DNA from: an uncultured Verrucomicrobiae bacterium
GTDB taxonomy: Bacteria > Verrucomicrobiota > Verrucomicrobiia > Limisphaerales > Palsa-1400
DNA: 64,000 nt
Assembly: GCA_963702845.1 (NCBI GenBank)
Contig: OY969763.1
Span: 5,824,001 to 5,888,000, forward strand
Direction of reading: 5' to 3'
Positions 39,045-49,620 of the stretch are shown one piece after another. The notes below the pieces were generated by a model. The model was not told where the DNA came from and ran no database searches. It saw nothing but the letters and a program-made list of their open reading frames with translations. How positions within the stretch are numbered: the stretch's first letter is position 1; the number at the start of each line of letters is the position of its first letter. Made by a program: the position numbers and the translations under genes.

Positions 39045-39938
39045 ATGAATGGTAAAACCTGCACGGTGGAATGTATCGCAGGGCTCGACAGCCCACTTCC
39101 CGCAACAGCATTTGGTTGTCCGCGCGATTTTCTAGACAATCGCTTCGTTTACACGGTGATTTCGCCGCGCGCGCGCGGCATGTCGATCGGCTTGAACATG
39201 AACCCGGACAAGAAGTGCAACTTCGATTGCATTTATTGCGAGGTAAACCGCCAGGACGTGAACGGAAAGCCGAACGATTTGGATGTGAATGTGATGGCGG
39301 CGGAATTGCAGAAGACGCTGCTGCTCGTGCATTCGGGAGCGCTCCGGGAGCGTTGCGCGTATCGCGCCGTCAGCAATGAATTGTTGACGCTGCGTCACGT
39401 GGCCTTGAGCGGCGACGGTGAGCCGACATTATCTTCAAATTTTTCTGAAGTGGTCGAATCCGTCATTCACGTGCGCGCCAAAAACCCGTTCATGTATTTC
39501 AAGCTTGTCTTGATCACAAACGGCAGTGGCCTGGATTTGCCGAACGTTCAGCAAAGTTTGAAATACTTCACGCGGGATGATGAGGTATGGGTCAAGCTCG
39601 ACGCGGGAACGCAGGAGTACATGGACGAAATCAATCGCAGCGAGGTGTCGCTCGACAAAATTATCTCGAACATCCTGCTCGTGGCGCATCAACGGCCGGT
39701 GACCATCCAGAGTTTGTTTGCGAAATTGAACGACGCAGAACCGCCAGCCGAGGAAATCGATGAATACATCAATCGTTTGCAGGAGCTGAAAAACGGCGGC
39801 GCGAAAATTTCGATGGTGCAGATTTATTCGGCGACGCGACCGATCTCGCACGGGCAGGTCTCACATCTGCCACTGAAGTATCTTTCCAATCTGCGCCAGC
39901 GCATTAAATCGATTGGTTTACGTGCGGAAGTGTTTTAG
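39045..39938 (+). CDS. Radical SAM protein
   Basis: CNFDCIYC, SGDGEPTL, LITNG. Confidence 0.9.
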   Translation: MNGKTCTVECIAGLDSPLPATAFGCPRDFLDNRFVYTVISPRARGMSIGLNMNPDKKCNFDCIYCEVNRQDVNGKPNDLDVNVMAAELQKTLLLVHSGALRERCAYRAVSNELLTLRHVALSGDGEPTLSSNFSEVVESVIHVRAKNPFMYFKLVLITNGSGLDLPNVQQSLKYFTRDDEVWVKLDAGTQEYMDEINRSEVSLDKIISNILLVAHQRPVTIQSLFAKLNDAEPPAEEIDEYINRLQELKNGGAKISMVQIYSATRPISHGQVSHLPLKYLSNLRQRIKSIGLRAEVF

Positions 39939-40064
39939 GACGCCTTGGGTGCGGCGGAAGGCGCATCTAAGGAATTCCCTTAGAACCAATAATTGTGCTT
40001 CACCCCCCACATTTGGCGAGGCTCCCAATAGCCCGAAATTGCGAACTAGTCTTTAATTGCTTAC

Positions 40065-40994
40065 ATGCAAACAGCAATTGCTCAACCGACACTGGACAAT
40101 GCGGCAAACAAGCGGCAGCAGAACAAGAACCTGATTCACTCCCTTACCGCCTCTAAAATTTACCAGGATTACGAACGCGCCTTCACCGATGCGACCGGTC
40201 TGCCTGTTTCTTTCCGACCGGTGGAATCGTGGCAGTTGCCCAACCACGGCCGCAAGAACGAGAACGGGTTGTGTGCGATCCTGGCTGAAAAAAGTAAGGC
40301 CTGCGCCGCATGTCTCCAAACGCAACAGGAGCTTTCTGAAAACGCTCAATTTGAAGCGTATACCGCCACCTGTCGTGTTGGATTAACTGACACCGCCGTG
40401 CCGGTGCGCCAGGGTGAGCAATTGATCGGCTTCCTCCAGACTGGCCAAATCTTGCGCAAGAAGGCGTCCCAGGCGCAGATCGTGCGCACGTCGAAGCTTG
40501 TGGCGGAATGGGGCTTGGACATCAGCGCCGATCAGTTGCAAAACCTGTATGCGAATACCAAGGTGCTTTCGCCCTGCCAATATGATGCGGTCGTGAAATT
40601 GCTTTCGATTTTTGCCGAGCACATCGCGTTGGTTTGCAATCAGCTTTTGGTGCAACAGCACAATTCCGAACCACCGGCGATCACTCGCGCCAAGGAATTC
40701 ATCATCGAAAACCAGACCGAAGATCTTTCGCTCGGCCAGGTCGCCAAGGCCGTGAATACGAGCACGTTCCATTTCTGCAAGATGTTCAAGAAGGCGACAG
40801 GGCTTAATTTCACCGATTATGTCTCGCGCGTGCGTGTGGAGAAAGCGAAGAACCTGTTGCTCAATCCGAACCTGCGCATTAGCGAAATCGCGTATGAAGT
40901 CGGGTTCCAGTCGTTGACTCACTTCAACCGCGTGTTCAAGAAAATCACTGGTCAATCGCCGAGTCATTATCGCACGCAGCTTGGAGCTCACTAA
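40065..40994 (+). CDS. AraC-family regulator with a PocR-like sensory domain
   Basis: Cys-containing sensor (C..C...C.VGL..AVP) plus AraC HTH (ISEIAYEVGFQSLTHFNRVFKK). Confidence 0.9.
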   Translation: MQTAIAQPTLDNAANKRQQNKNLIHSLTASKIYQDYERAFTDATGLPVSFRPVESWQLPNHGRKNENGLCAILAEKSKACAACLQTQQELSENAQFEAYTATCRVGLTDTAVPVRQGEQLIGFLQTGQILRKKASQAQIVRTSKLVAEWGLDISADQLQNLYANTKVLSPCQYDAVVKLLSIFAEHIALVCNQLLVQQHNSEPPAITRAKEFIIENQTEDLSLGQVAKAVNTSTFHFCKMFKKATGLNFTDYVSRVRVEKAKNLLLNPNLRISEIAYEVGFQSLTHFNRVFKKITGQSPSHYRTQLGAH

Positions 40995-41053
40995 GCGCCA
41001 GGTCGCAGTGGTTGGCCTTTATTTTTTAGCTGCGGCGGGTATATCTTGCTCCG

Positions 41054-42172
41054 ATGGAAGATTATAGCGGCTGGAGTAAGGCCAAGTTGATCGAGCGGAT
41101 GGCCTCCCTCAAGCAGTATAACTTGCAATCTCAAGCCTTATCGGACCTCGACCGCGAGACGGCCCAAGCCGCCTTACGCGACAGCGAAGAGCGGCTTCGC
41201 GCTATTTTGAACACGGCTGTCGAAGGGATCATCACCATCGACGACCGTGGTCGGATCGAGACGATGAATACTGCTGCGGAACGAATCTTCGGCTATTCCG
41301 CTAGCGAACTCGTTGGCAAGAACGTGAAAGTTCTCATGCCCACGCCGTATCGCGAGCATCACGATGGCTACCTCAATAATTACAAGCGCACGGGCCATGC
41401 TAAGATCATCGGCGTCGGACGTGAAGTCGTTGGCCAGCGTAAGGATGGAACAACGTTCCCGATGGATCTCGCCGTCAGCCAGGTAAAGCTTCACGACAGG
41501 ATGATTTTTGCTGGGTTCGTCCGCGACATCACCGATCGCAAACGTCTCGAAAAAGAAATCCTTCAGATCAGCGAATTGGAACAGCATCGCATCGGCCAGG
41601 ACCTTCATGACGGTATTTGCCAGCATATGACCGCAATCGAATTGATGGCTGAGGTGCTGGAAACGAAGCTTCGGAAGCAAGCGAAAGCGTTGGCGACCGA
41701 TGCGGAGAAGATTTCGCGAGAAGTTCGCGAGGTCATCAGCCAAACGCGAGCGTTGTCGCGTGGTCTGTCGCCGGTTTTGCTCGAGTCGGAAGGACTGATG
41801 TCTGCGCTAAAAGAGTTGGCGTCCAACACCCACGATATGTTCCGCGTGTCGTGCCAGTTCTTTTGCCTCAAACCGGTGTTGATCGATGATCTCACGACGG
41901 CGACGCATTTGTATCGCATCGCGCAGGAAGCGGTCAGCAATGCAATCAAGCATGGCAAGGCTCGTGAAATTCAAATCGTGCTGTCGTCGGAAGGCGAAAC
42001 GCTGACCCTCGCAATCCAGGACAACGGCGTCGGGTTGCAAACGCCCACACAAAAGAAGAAAGGTATGGGCTTGCAGGTGATGAAGTACCGGGCCGGCATT
42101 ATCGGCGGTTCGGTCGACGTTCGCAAATCGGATATGGGCACTCGCGTTATCTGCACTCTCGCTCGACACTAA
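41054..42172 (+). CDS. PAS (FixL-like) sensor kinase, HisKA_3 type
   Basis: REHHDGYL..IIGVGREVVGQRKDG; DLHDGICQ; QEAVSNAIKH; DNGVG. Confidence 0.9.
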   Translation: MEDYSGWSKAKLIERMASLKQYNLQSQALSDLDRETAQAALRDSEERLRAILNTAVEGIITIDDRGRIETMNTAAERIFGYSASELVGKNVKVLMPTPYREHHDGYLNNYKRTGHAKIIGVGREVVGQRKDGTTFPMDLAVSQVKLHDRMIFAGFVRDITDRKRLEKEILQISELEQHRIGQDLHDGICQHMTAIELMAEVLETKLRKQAKALATDAEKISREVREVISQTRALSRGLSPVLLESEGLMSALKELASNTHDMFRVSCQFFCLKPVLIDDLTTATHLYRIAQEAVSNAIKHGKAREIQIVLSSEGETLTLAIQDNGVGLQTPTQKKKGMGLQVMKYRAGIIGGSVDVRKSDMGTRVICTLARH

Positions 42173-42177
42173 ATCAA

Positions 42178-42855
42178 ATGCCCTCTACCAAAAACACGTC
42201 AGCGAAAAAACGGATCTTCATCGTCGACGATCATCCGATGATGCGACAGGGCCTCGCCCAGTTGATCCAGAACGAGAAGGACCTCGAGATTGTCGGCGAA
42301 GCCGAGAACGCGGCACAGGCCTTCGAAGCCGTACGAAAGTTGAAGCCCGATTTGTTACTCGCCGATATCACGTTGCCGGACAAGAGCGGCCTTGAATTGA
42401 TTAAGGACATTCGGGCTGCGGGCGGCGAGGGAATTTCTATTCTCGTAATTTCGATGCACGACGAGGCTCTCTACGTTGAACGCGTCCTGCGGGCGGGCGG
42501 GCGAGGTTACATCATGAAACAAGAGGGCGGCAAGAAATTGATGGTCGCCATCCGTCAGGTGTTGGGCGGACAGATTTACGTTAGCGAAAAAATGTCGTCG
42601 AAGATTCTGGAGATTTTTTCCGGTCGCCGTCCCGACGCTTCCAGTTCACCTGTCGAAAAATTGACCGACCGCGAATTTGAGGTGTTCCAATTGATCGGAA
42701 AAGGGCTGACGACGTTGCAAATGGCCAACGAACTTCATGTCAGCACAAAGACGATCGAAGTCCATCGCGCCAATATCAAAGCGAAGCTCAACATGAAGAC
42801 TGCACCGGAGTTACTCCGCTATGCGGTGCGATGGGCAGAGTCGCAATCGTCGTAG
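42178..42855 (+). CDS. NarL/LuxR-family response regulator
   Basis: IVDDHPMMRQGL; LTDREFEVF...KTIEVHRANI. Confidence 0.95.
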   Translation: MPSTKNTSAKKRIFIVDDHPMMRQGLAQLIQNEKDLEIVGEAENAAQAFEAVRKLKPDLLLADITLPDKSGLELIKDIRAAGGEGISILVISMHDEALYVERVLRAGGRGYIMKQEGGKKLMVAIRQVLGGQIYVSEKMSSKILEIFSGRRPDASSSPVEKLTDREFEVFQLIGKGLTTLQMANELHVSTKTIEVHRANIKAKLNMKTAPELLRYAVRWAESQSS

Positions 42856-42893
42856 TCGCGCGGTGACTGGGCGACGCGGGTGGGTTGAGGTTT

Positions 42894-43931
42894 TTAGTAA
42901 ACAGAGCTGGTTTGCACGAAGGTCTTCACAGCGCGATTCCCGGCGGTCATGGAGCGGAATAGCTCCGGCAATTGTGCCAACGTGCATTCGCCGTTGATGA
43001 ATTCGCGTGCCGGCACTTTGCCTGATTCGATCAACTGCAACGCGCGACGAATGGTGTGCGGCGTGTGGTGATAACTCGCGAGCAAGGTCAGGTTTGAATA
43101 GTGCAACCGGCCAGTGTCGAGTGACACGGTTGTTCCCGATGGACAACCGCCGAAGAAATTTACTTTGCCGCCTTTGCGGACGAGTTGCGCGGCGGCTTCC
43201 CACACTTCTGGTTTGCCGACGGCTTCGACGACTGCATCAAACGGTTTGGGCGCATTTTGTTTGATCGCGCCGACAAGGTCAGTCGCGCCGGTGACGTCGA
43301 TGGTTTTCTTTGCTCCAAGTTTCTGTGCGGCCTTCAACCGCGCTTCGCCGCGGCCGGCGACGGTCACGATGCATTTGGCATTTCGCGCAAGCGCAACGAA
43401 CATGAGCCCGAGCGGCCCGGAGCCAATGACGAGCACGCTCTCGCCTGCGCGCATTTTCAAATCTTCCCAACCTTGCACCGCGCAAGCGAGCGGCTCGGTC
43501 AGCGCTGCGTCTCGGAAGCTTGTTGTCTTTTTGAGGCGCAACATGTTTTTCTCAACGAGTCGTGCGGGGACGACGATGGATTCGGCGTAGGCGCCATTCA
43601 GGAAGAGCAAGTCGTCACAGAGATTTTCCTGGTCGTGCCTGCAAAAAAAGCAGCGGCCGCACGGTGCAGAGTTTGCGACGACGACGCGATCGCCCAGTTT
43701 CCAACCTTTCGCGCCCACGGCAATTTCGTAGATTTCGCCGGACAGTTCATGACCGAACACCGCCGGTGGGCGGATCATGGTTGCGTGGTAACCACGTTTG
43801 AAAACTTTCAGGTCAGTGCCGCACGTCAAAGCCGCGCGAATGTGCACTCGCACTTCACCGCGTTTGAGTTTGGAGGGTTGCACTTCCTCCACGCGGATGT
43901 CTTCGCGGCCATATAACACTGCTGCCTGCAT
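42894..43931 (-). CDS. Zinc-dependent alcohol/sugar-alcohol dehydrogenase
   Basis: CGTD, GHE, CGRCFFC...C, GSGPLG. Confidence 0.92.
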   Translation of the reverse strand: MQAAVLYGREDIRVEEVQPSKLKRGEVRVHIRAALTCGTDLKVFKRGYHATMIRPPAVFGHELSGEIYEIAVGAKGWKLGDRVVVANSAPCGRCFFCRHDQENLCDDLLFLNGAYAESIVVPARLVEKNMLRLKKTTSFRDAALTEPLACAVQGWEDLKMRAGESVLVIGSGPLGLMFVALARNAKCIVTVAGRGEARLKAAQKLGAKKTIDVTGATDLVGAIKQNAPKPFDAVVEAVGKPEVWEAAAQLVRKGGKVNFFGGCPSGTTVSLDTGRLHYSNLTLLASYHHTPHTIRRALQLIESGKVPAREFINGECTLAQLPELFRSMTAGNRAVKTFVQTSSVY

Positions 43932-43990
43932 GCGCCCGAGCTTAGGAGTTGAACCCGAAACTTCAAATGCAATCAGGTGGTCGATGACCT

Positions 43991-46900
43991 TTATTCGCGC
44001 GCCAGATGCGTCGGTGTGAAGGATAGTTTCAGGCGCAACGTGGTGAAGCCATTTGCCTTGTAAGGAAACTTGATCGCACTGCCGGTTGTCAGCAGGCGCT
44101 GATGGTTTTCTTCAACCCCGTTGCAGAGGAACGCCTGGTCAGTTTCGAACAGCGGAAACTTCATTTCTGCGTCACCGGTTTTACCCGCGACTTCCTGCAG
44201 GCGCAGAATATAACCATCGCCGTCTTCGGCGGCTTTCAGCATGACGACCTGCAGATTTGCTGCGTCGATCGAGAGCAACGAACCGGCGTCGGCAGCAAGC
44301 GGGCGCGGCCATTTGGCGACTTTGGCATTGTGAACGGTGAAGTAACCGTAGGCGACTACTGGTGCGCGTGTATCGGCATCAAATTGCGCGAGCGCTTCGC
44401 GCGAAAGATTTTTTCCGCTGGTGATCGAATAGCAGAAACGGAAGGAGCCGCCCTGGGTCGCACGATAATTCGTGAACCAATAGTTATTCATGGCATACGA
44501 ATAAACGTGGCCGTTGCTGAGCTTCAGGTAAGTGGGCCAGCGGCCGCGGTTGATGTCGGTGAGCGTGAAAAGCGGCGCATCGGGTGTAGACCATGCGATC
44601 GAGAAATCACCGTCGCTGACGTGGATGAGATTTTGAGAAGTGAACCATTCGCGGCAGGCCCCCGGCATCTGATCGTCGTTGGGACGGACCCAGCCATTTT
44701 GGATTTGGTATTCTGCGCTCGGATTCGCCGATGCAAATGGATAGGCGAAATAAACCGCCTCCTTCGACCGCGTCTCGGTTTTTTCCAAAGTGTTGATCAC
44801 GTCCACGCGTTTGATATCGTCATACAACACGTATTCGCTTCGAATCGTCGGCAGGTTCTTTGTCGAGGTGACGATGACGATGCGATGGCCGAGTGACGTT
44901 TTGACGTTCTCAACAATTTTGGCGGTCGTCGGTTGATCGATCTTCAAATCGACGGGCGCCGATCCCCAATTGTGATTGAGAATCCGCGTATCCTCGCCGC
45001 CGCTGGCGTAAAGCGTCTCGTTCAGTTTGTATGCCGCGTTCGTGTCGGCCAGCTCGCGTTGTTCGGTTTTGTCGAAGAGAGATTTGATTCCGCCGGTTGT
45101 GGTATCGATCGTCAATTTGTAAAAACGATTCTCGATCGTGTTGCCGTCACTCTTCTTGTTTTCGCTGCCGCCGCCTTTGACGGGAAAACATTTGTAGCCA
45201 AACGCGGGAACGTCTTTCGCGAGGAAGCGCACGCGTTTCCAGCCGTCCTTGCCGCCAATGATATCCATTGGCGCGGACTTGCCAGTCGCCGGATCGATCA
45301 ACGTCTGGTTGTGATCTAATTCAACTTCAAGTGGCGCTGTTCGCATCGAGGGCTGGAAGTTAAACGCGACGACACAATTATTTTCCGCCGCGATATTTTG
45401 CACAAACCGATTGAATCCGCGCGCGAGCAGGTTGCGTGCATCGAGATTAGCGCGCGCGGCGTAGCTCTCTTTAATTTCCCACTGGCGCGTCACGAATTCG
45501 CGGTCCGGCTGACCGATGCTGTTGTGAGCGCCCCAGGTATGTTCGTCGTAGAACATGACGTTCTTCCAGGCCCCTTCGAATTCCTCAGCCGGATAGCGAT
45601 TGCGCGGTTGAAAAATGCTGGCGAGCGTAGCAGCGGTTTCGGCCGTCGGCAAAATGCGCTGGCTCTGCCGATTGAGAGTGGTGGCCTTGGCAGACGATCC
45701 TGCACCGTCTTCCCAATACGCGCCGCAATCCCCTCGATAGGTGCGCAGTTTGTCGCTGAAGTTTTTCTCGATGTAATTGAAGTAATCGCCGTCCGACCCA
45801 ACCACTAATTTCGGAAATTCATAGCGCTTGTTCCATTCCTCAATCACGGGTGCATCGGCGTTTTTTGGGATCGCAGCGTTGTCGACGTAAGCGCCGTAAA
45901 TCATGACGGCATCAGGATTGTAGTCATCCCGTTGGAACCGCGTGATAAATTGCGGGACGGTTGCTTCCATCGTGCGCACGCCCACGGCTGGACCGCCATC
46001 GGATCCGATCAACCGGCTGAGTTGGCGATAGCTGATCGCATACCACATCATGATCTTTTCGCCGTTCATCCCCTCCCAATAGTACGGCGAGTTTTCGTTT
46101 AGATCGCTGTATTGGAGAATCGGCGCGCGCGTTTGATTGCTGCCATTGGAGAAGGCCTTGACGCCAACATCCCTCAGTAGAGTCGGCAAAAACCAACTGT
46201 GCGATGGCGCGTCGGTGAGGCAGGCGAAATCGAAATTTGCGCCATGCTCACGATGCAGGCGATGAGTGAAATAGACCGCGCGATACAACTCTTCACCGGA
46301 ACAAATGCCGGTCATAAGATTGAGATAGAGCGCGTTCACGGTCGCGCGTTTGTGTGCGGCTTCATAGTAGAAGCGCTTGCAGTAATCGAGCGAGCGGCAG
46401 TTGAGATAATTTTCGACCAGCCACGACGTTTCGAAGTTGAACTTGTATTCGGGATGGGTGGCGAGCACGTCGAGCACGGTGTCGGTGTTGCGATTGTCCA
46501 GCTCATTCACGTGCGGTTGGAGGTCGGTGTAGCCGACGTCATTATGCACCTTGGGGCAGATATAGACTTTCCATTGTTTGGCCGGCTTAAATGCGCAAGC
46601 GGTGCTGCGAACGGAACCGTCGAGCGTCAGTTCGATATTGGCGTCGCCGGGTTTCAGGTTCGCGGGAATCTCGAATGTCTCGGTGAGAATGCCGAAGTCG
46701 TAGTTGGTGTTGCTGAACTGGTGAGAGAATCGTTTGCCGCCGATTTCGACAGTCGCTTTGCCATTGGAAAAACGTTCGTTGAAAGGAATCAGCAGATCGC
46801 AGCGTTCGTGCATCGTACCGTTTGTTTTCACATAAAAGATGGTCGGTTCAAGCCGGAGCATCTCACGCGGTTCTGTTTCGGCGCAGCGTTGCAACGTCAA

Positions 46901-48013
46901 TGAGTCATAGCTCAAGTTGCCAATGCCCATCGGTGTCAGCGTCAGTTTGTTTTTTTCCTGGAACCACTCAGGGCGCAGCGACGCTGTCAGCCGACCACGC
47001 GTCAGCAGCATTTCGTTTTCTTCCCGCTTCGTTTTTGCATGGCCGGCGGCGGATAGGCGAATGGGGAAGATGCCGCGACGACCGTTGAACTCGATTTGCA
47101 TTTGGTTCGGCGAGGCGGAGTGGAACACGGAATCGATGACGAGATCGTAGCTTTCACTTGGGTTCGTTTTCGTCTCAAACGTGATGGCGTAGGAGCGTCC
47201 GGCGCTCTGATTGCCTGGGAAATCGCGGCTGAGCACGCCCTTCTCGACGTCGTAGCCCGCCTGGTCCCGCGTGCCCGGCGCGAATTCCATCGATGTATCG
47301 TCGGTTTGTCCCATCGTCCAGAGCGGCTTGGTTTGTCCATGTGCGAATGACACCGAAAAAACCATCACGACAATCGCCGCAACGATTGCTTGCTTGCGCG
47401 GTTTTATTACGGCGAGGCAGACCAGAACAATCGCGAAACAAATAAGCAACACGCCGGGTATGTTCAATTTCGTGGCGGTAGTTGGCATTACGGGCGTTGC
47501 CACAGCAATGGATGGCGTTGGCGAAAACTCCACGCGCCGGTTTTGCGCATCCAAATGTGCCATCTGTTCACCTGACGATCCGCGATACGTAACTTCCGTG
47601 ATGTGCGAAACGCTGGTGATCGTCGTCAGATCTGAATTGATCGTGACGGGTTGCGAGCGCTGTGCCGGATAATGCGCCAGAAAGGTGAGGTGGTGTGAGC
47701 CTTCATCCATCATCGTCCCGACTGAATCCGATTTCACCGTCTTGCCATCCTCGCGGACTTCAAGGTGCGCCAAAATTTCTTTCGTGATGCTATCCTTTTG
47801 TTGCATCAGCACGGTTGCATCTTCCCAAGCACGACTCGACAGGAAGTTCAATTCGAATGGATTGATCGAGAGTTCAACATGCAGGTGATCGGAATCTGGC
47901 ACGACCGTGAGATAGCTGATCGGCAACGTGTGGCCGAAACAGAACAGTCGAGTCGTCAACAGGAGGACAACGGCACAAAATAGTGGCCGCCAAAGTTGGG
48001 TCGGTTTCATCAT
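43991..48013 (-). CDS. GH38-like glycoside hydrolase with an extra N-terminal domain
   Basis: HNDVGYTD, YWEDG, YDEHTWG, C-terminal LKAAEDGDGYILRLQE. Confidence 0.85.
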   Translation of the reverse strand: MMKPTQLWRPLFCAVVLLLTTRLFCFGHTLPISYLTVVPDSDHLHVELSINPFELNFLSSRAWEDATVLMQQKDSITKEILAHLEVREDGKTVKSDSVGTMMDEGSHHLTFLAHYPAQRSQPVTINSDLTTITSVSHITEVTYRGSSGEQMAHLDAQNRRVEFSPTPSIAVATPVMPTTATKLNIPGVLLICFAIVLVCLAVIKPRKQAIVAAIVVMVFSVSFAHGQTKPLWTMGQTDDTSMEFAPGTRDQAGYDVEKGVLSRDFPGNQSAGRSYAITFETKTNPSESYDLVIDSVFHSASPNQMQIEFNGRRGIFPIRLSAAGHAKTKREENEMLLTRGRLTASLRPEWFQEKNKLTLTPMGIGNLSYDSLTLQRCAETEPREMLRLEPTIFYVKTNGTMHERCDLLIPFNERFSNGKATVEIGGKRFSHQFSNTNYDFGILTETFEIPANLKPGDANIELTLDGSVRSTACAFKPAKQWKVYICPKVHNDVGYTDLQPHVNELDNRNTDTVLDVLATHPEYKFNFETSWLVENYLNCRSLDYCKRFYYEAAHKRATVNALYLNLMTGICSGEELYRAVYFTHRLHREHGANFDFACLTDAPSHSWFLPTLLRDVGVKAFSNGSNQTRAPILQYSDLNENSPYYWEGMNGEKIMMWYAISYRQLSRLIGSDGGPAVGVRTMEATVPQFITRFQRDDYNPDAVMIYGAYVDNAAIPKNADAPVIEEWNKRYEFPKLVVGSDGDYFNYIEKNFSDKLRTYRGDCGAYWEDGAGSSAKATTLNRQSQRILPTAETAATLASIFQPRNRYPAEEFEGAWKNVMFYDEHTWGAHNSIGQPDREFVTRQWEIKESYAARANLDARNLLARGFNRFVQNIAAENNCVVAFNFQPSMRTAPLEVELDHNQTLIDPATGKSAPMDIIGGKDGWKRVRFLAKDVPAFGYKCFPVKGGGSENKKSDGNTIENRFYKLTIDTTTGGIKSLFDKTEQRELADTNAAYKLNETLYASGGEDTRILNHNWGSAPVDLKIDQPTTAKIVENVKTSLGHRIVIVTSTKNLPTIRSEYVLYDDIKRVDVINTLEKTETRSKEAVYFAYPFASANPSAEYQIQNGWVRPNDDQMPGACREWFTSQNLIHVSDGDFSIAWSTPDAPLFTLTDINRGRWPTYLKLSNGHVYSYAMNNYWFTNYRATQGGSFRFCYSITSGKNLSREALAQFDADTRAPVVAYGYFTVHNAKVAKWPRPLAADAGSLLSIDAANLQVVMLKAAEDGDGYILRLQEVAGKTGDAEMKFPLFETDQAFLCNGVEENHQRLLTTGSAIKFPYKANGFTTLRLKLSFTPTHLARE

Positions 48014-48093
48014 CGTATTTGACGTTCGCCAGCCGCGGAGTTCGTTGATGTGGGTCAATAAGATTAGAACTGCTGCGTCGTCAGATAATGCAT

Positions 48094-49608
48094 ATGAACA
48101 TTTTCAGGCGCATGATTCGGTTTGGTTGGCTCGTGATGACGTTAGCCACCGCGGCAAGTGCGGCTGAACCTGCCGTGATTCTGACGCCGAAACCCGGCCC
48201 GGCCCCGCGCGTGAATGGCCCAACCATTTACGGCGCGCGGTCCGGGCATCCGTTCCTCTATCGCATACCCGCGCAAGGAAAGCGGCCCATGGAGTTCTCG
48301 GTGAACAACCTGCCGGACACGCTGCAGGTCGATGCGAACACCGGAATTATTTCAGGGACGACGCCGGGACGCGGCACTTACGAGTTGGTGCTGTGCGCTA
48401 AAAATAAGGATGGCTCATCACAACGCGCGTTTCGTCTGGTCAGCGGAGACACGCTTTCACTCACGCCCTCGATGGGTTGGAACAGTTGGTATGCGCACTA
48501 CAGGCGCATTACGGACCCACTGATGCGCGAGGCTGCCGATGTTATGATTTCCAGCGGAATGGCCGATGTCGGCTACCAATACGTCAATGTCGATGACTGC
48601 TGGATGAACACAGAGAAGTCGAGCGATCCACGGCACGTAGGCCCGTTTCGCGATGATCACGGGAACATCATGCCGAACAAAAATTTCCCGGACATGAAAA
48701 GGCTCGCAGATTATATCCACAGCAAAGGATTGAAGGCCGGCCTTTATACGTCGCCAGGGCCGAAGACGTGCGCCGGTTGCGCGGGCAGTTACGAACATGA
48801 AAGCGAAGACGCGAAGCAGTTTTCGGATTGGGGTTATGACTTTCTGAAATACGACTGGTGCAGTTACGGGCATATCGCACCGAAGCCAGCGCCTTTGGCC
48901 GAACTCAAAAACCCGTACGCAGTTATGGGTGCTCTGCTCGAACAGCAAAATCGCGACATTCTCTTCAACCTTTGCCAGTACGGCATGGGCAACGTTTGGG
49001 AATGGGGTGCGGACGTCGGCGGTCAATCATGGCGCACGGCGGGTGACCTTGGGTATGAGTTGAACAAAATTTTTGCCGTCGCGCTGAAAAATTCAGAACA
49101 TCGCGGGTGGCAAAAACCGGGCGCGTGGAATGATCCGGACTATATCCAGATCGGTTACATCGGCAACGCGCGCGGCGGCGGGTTGCCTGCTCCGTGCCCT
49201 TTCACGCCCGACGAGCAATACTCGTTCATGTCTCTCTGGTGCTTGATGGCGTCGCCAATTTTTTATAGTGGCGACATGGCGAAGCTCGACGAGTTCACCT
49301 TAAACGTCCTCTGCAATCCAGAAGTGATCAATATCGATCAGGATGCGTTGGGTGAAGGCGCGAAAGTTGTGCGCCTGACGCCAACAACATTCCTGATGGT
49401 TAAGAATCTTGAAGACGGTGGACACGCCATCGGCTTGTGCAACGCAGGTGAAGCCGAAACGTTTATGACGGCGAACTGGTCGGTGCTCGGTTTCGGAAGC
49501 AAGCAACGCGTGCGCGATGTTTGGCGGCAGAAAAATATCGGCGCGATGGAACAGTTCGACACAGTTGTGCCGAAGCACGGCGTGGTTTTGCTACGCGTGT
49601 CCAGCTAG
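48094..49608 (+). CDS. GH27 alpha-galactosidase with an N-terminal Ig-like domain
   Basis: LTPSMGWNSW, VNVDDCW, DFLKYDWC, SWRTAGD, WNDPD. Confidence 0.93.
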   Translation: MNIFRRMIRFGWLVMTLATAASAAEPAVILTPKPGPAPRVNGPTIYGARSGHPFLYRIPAQGKRPMEFSVNNLPDTLQVDANTGIISGTTPGRGTYELVLCAKNKDGSSQRAFRLVSGDTLSLTPSMGWNSWYAHYRRITDPLMREAADVMISSGMADVGYQYVNVDDCWMNTEKSSDPRHVGPFRDDHGNIMPNKNFPDMKRLADYIHSKGLKAGLYTSPGPKTCAGCAGSYEHESEDAKQFSDWGYDFLKYDWCSYGHIAPKPAPLAELKNPYAVMGALLEQQNRDILFNLCQYGMGNVWEWGADVGGQSWRTAGDLGYELNKIFAVALKNSEHRGWQKPGAWNDPDYIQIGYIGNARGGGLPAPCPFTPDEQYSFMSLWCLMASPIFYSGDMAKLDEFTLNVLCNPEVINIDQDALGEGAKVVRLTPTTFLMVKNLEDGGHAIGLCNAGEAETFMTANWSVLGFGSKQRVRDVWRQKNIGAMEQFDTVVPKHGVVLLRVSS

Positions 49609-49620
49609 CCAAACCGCCGC

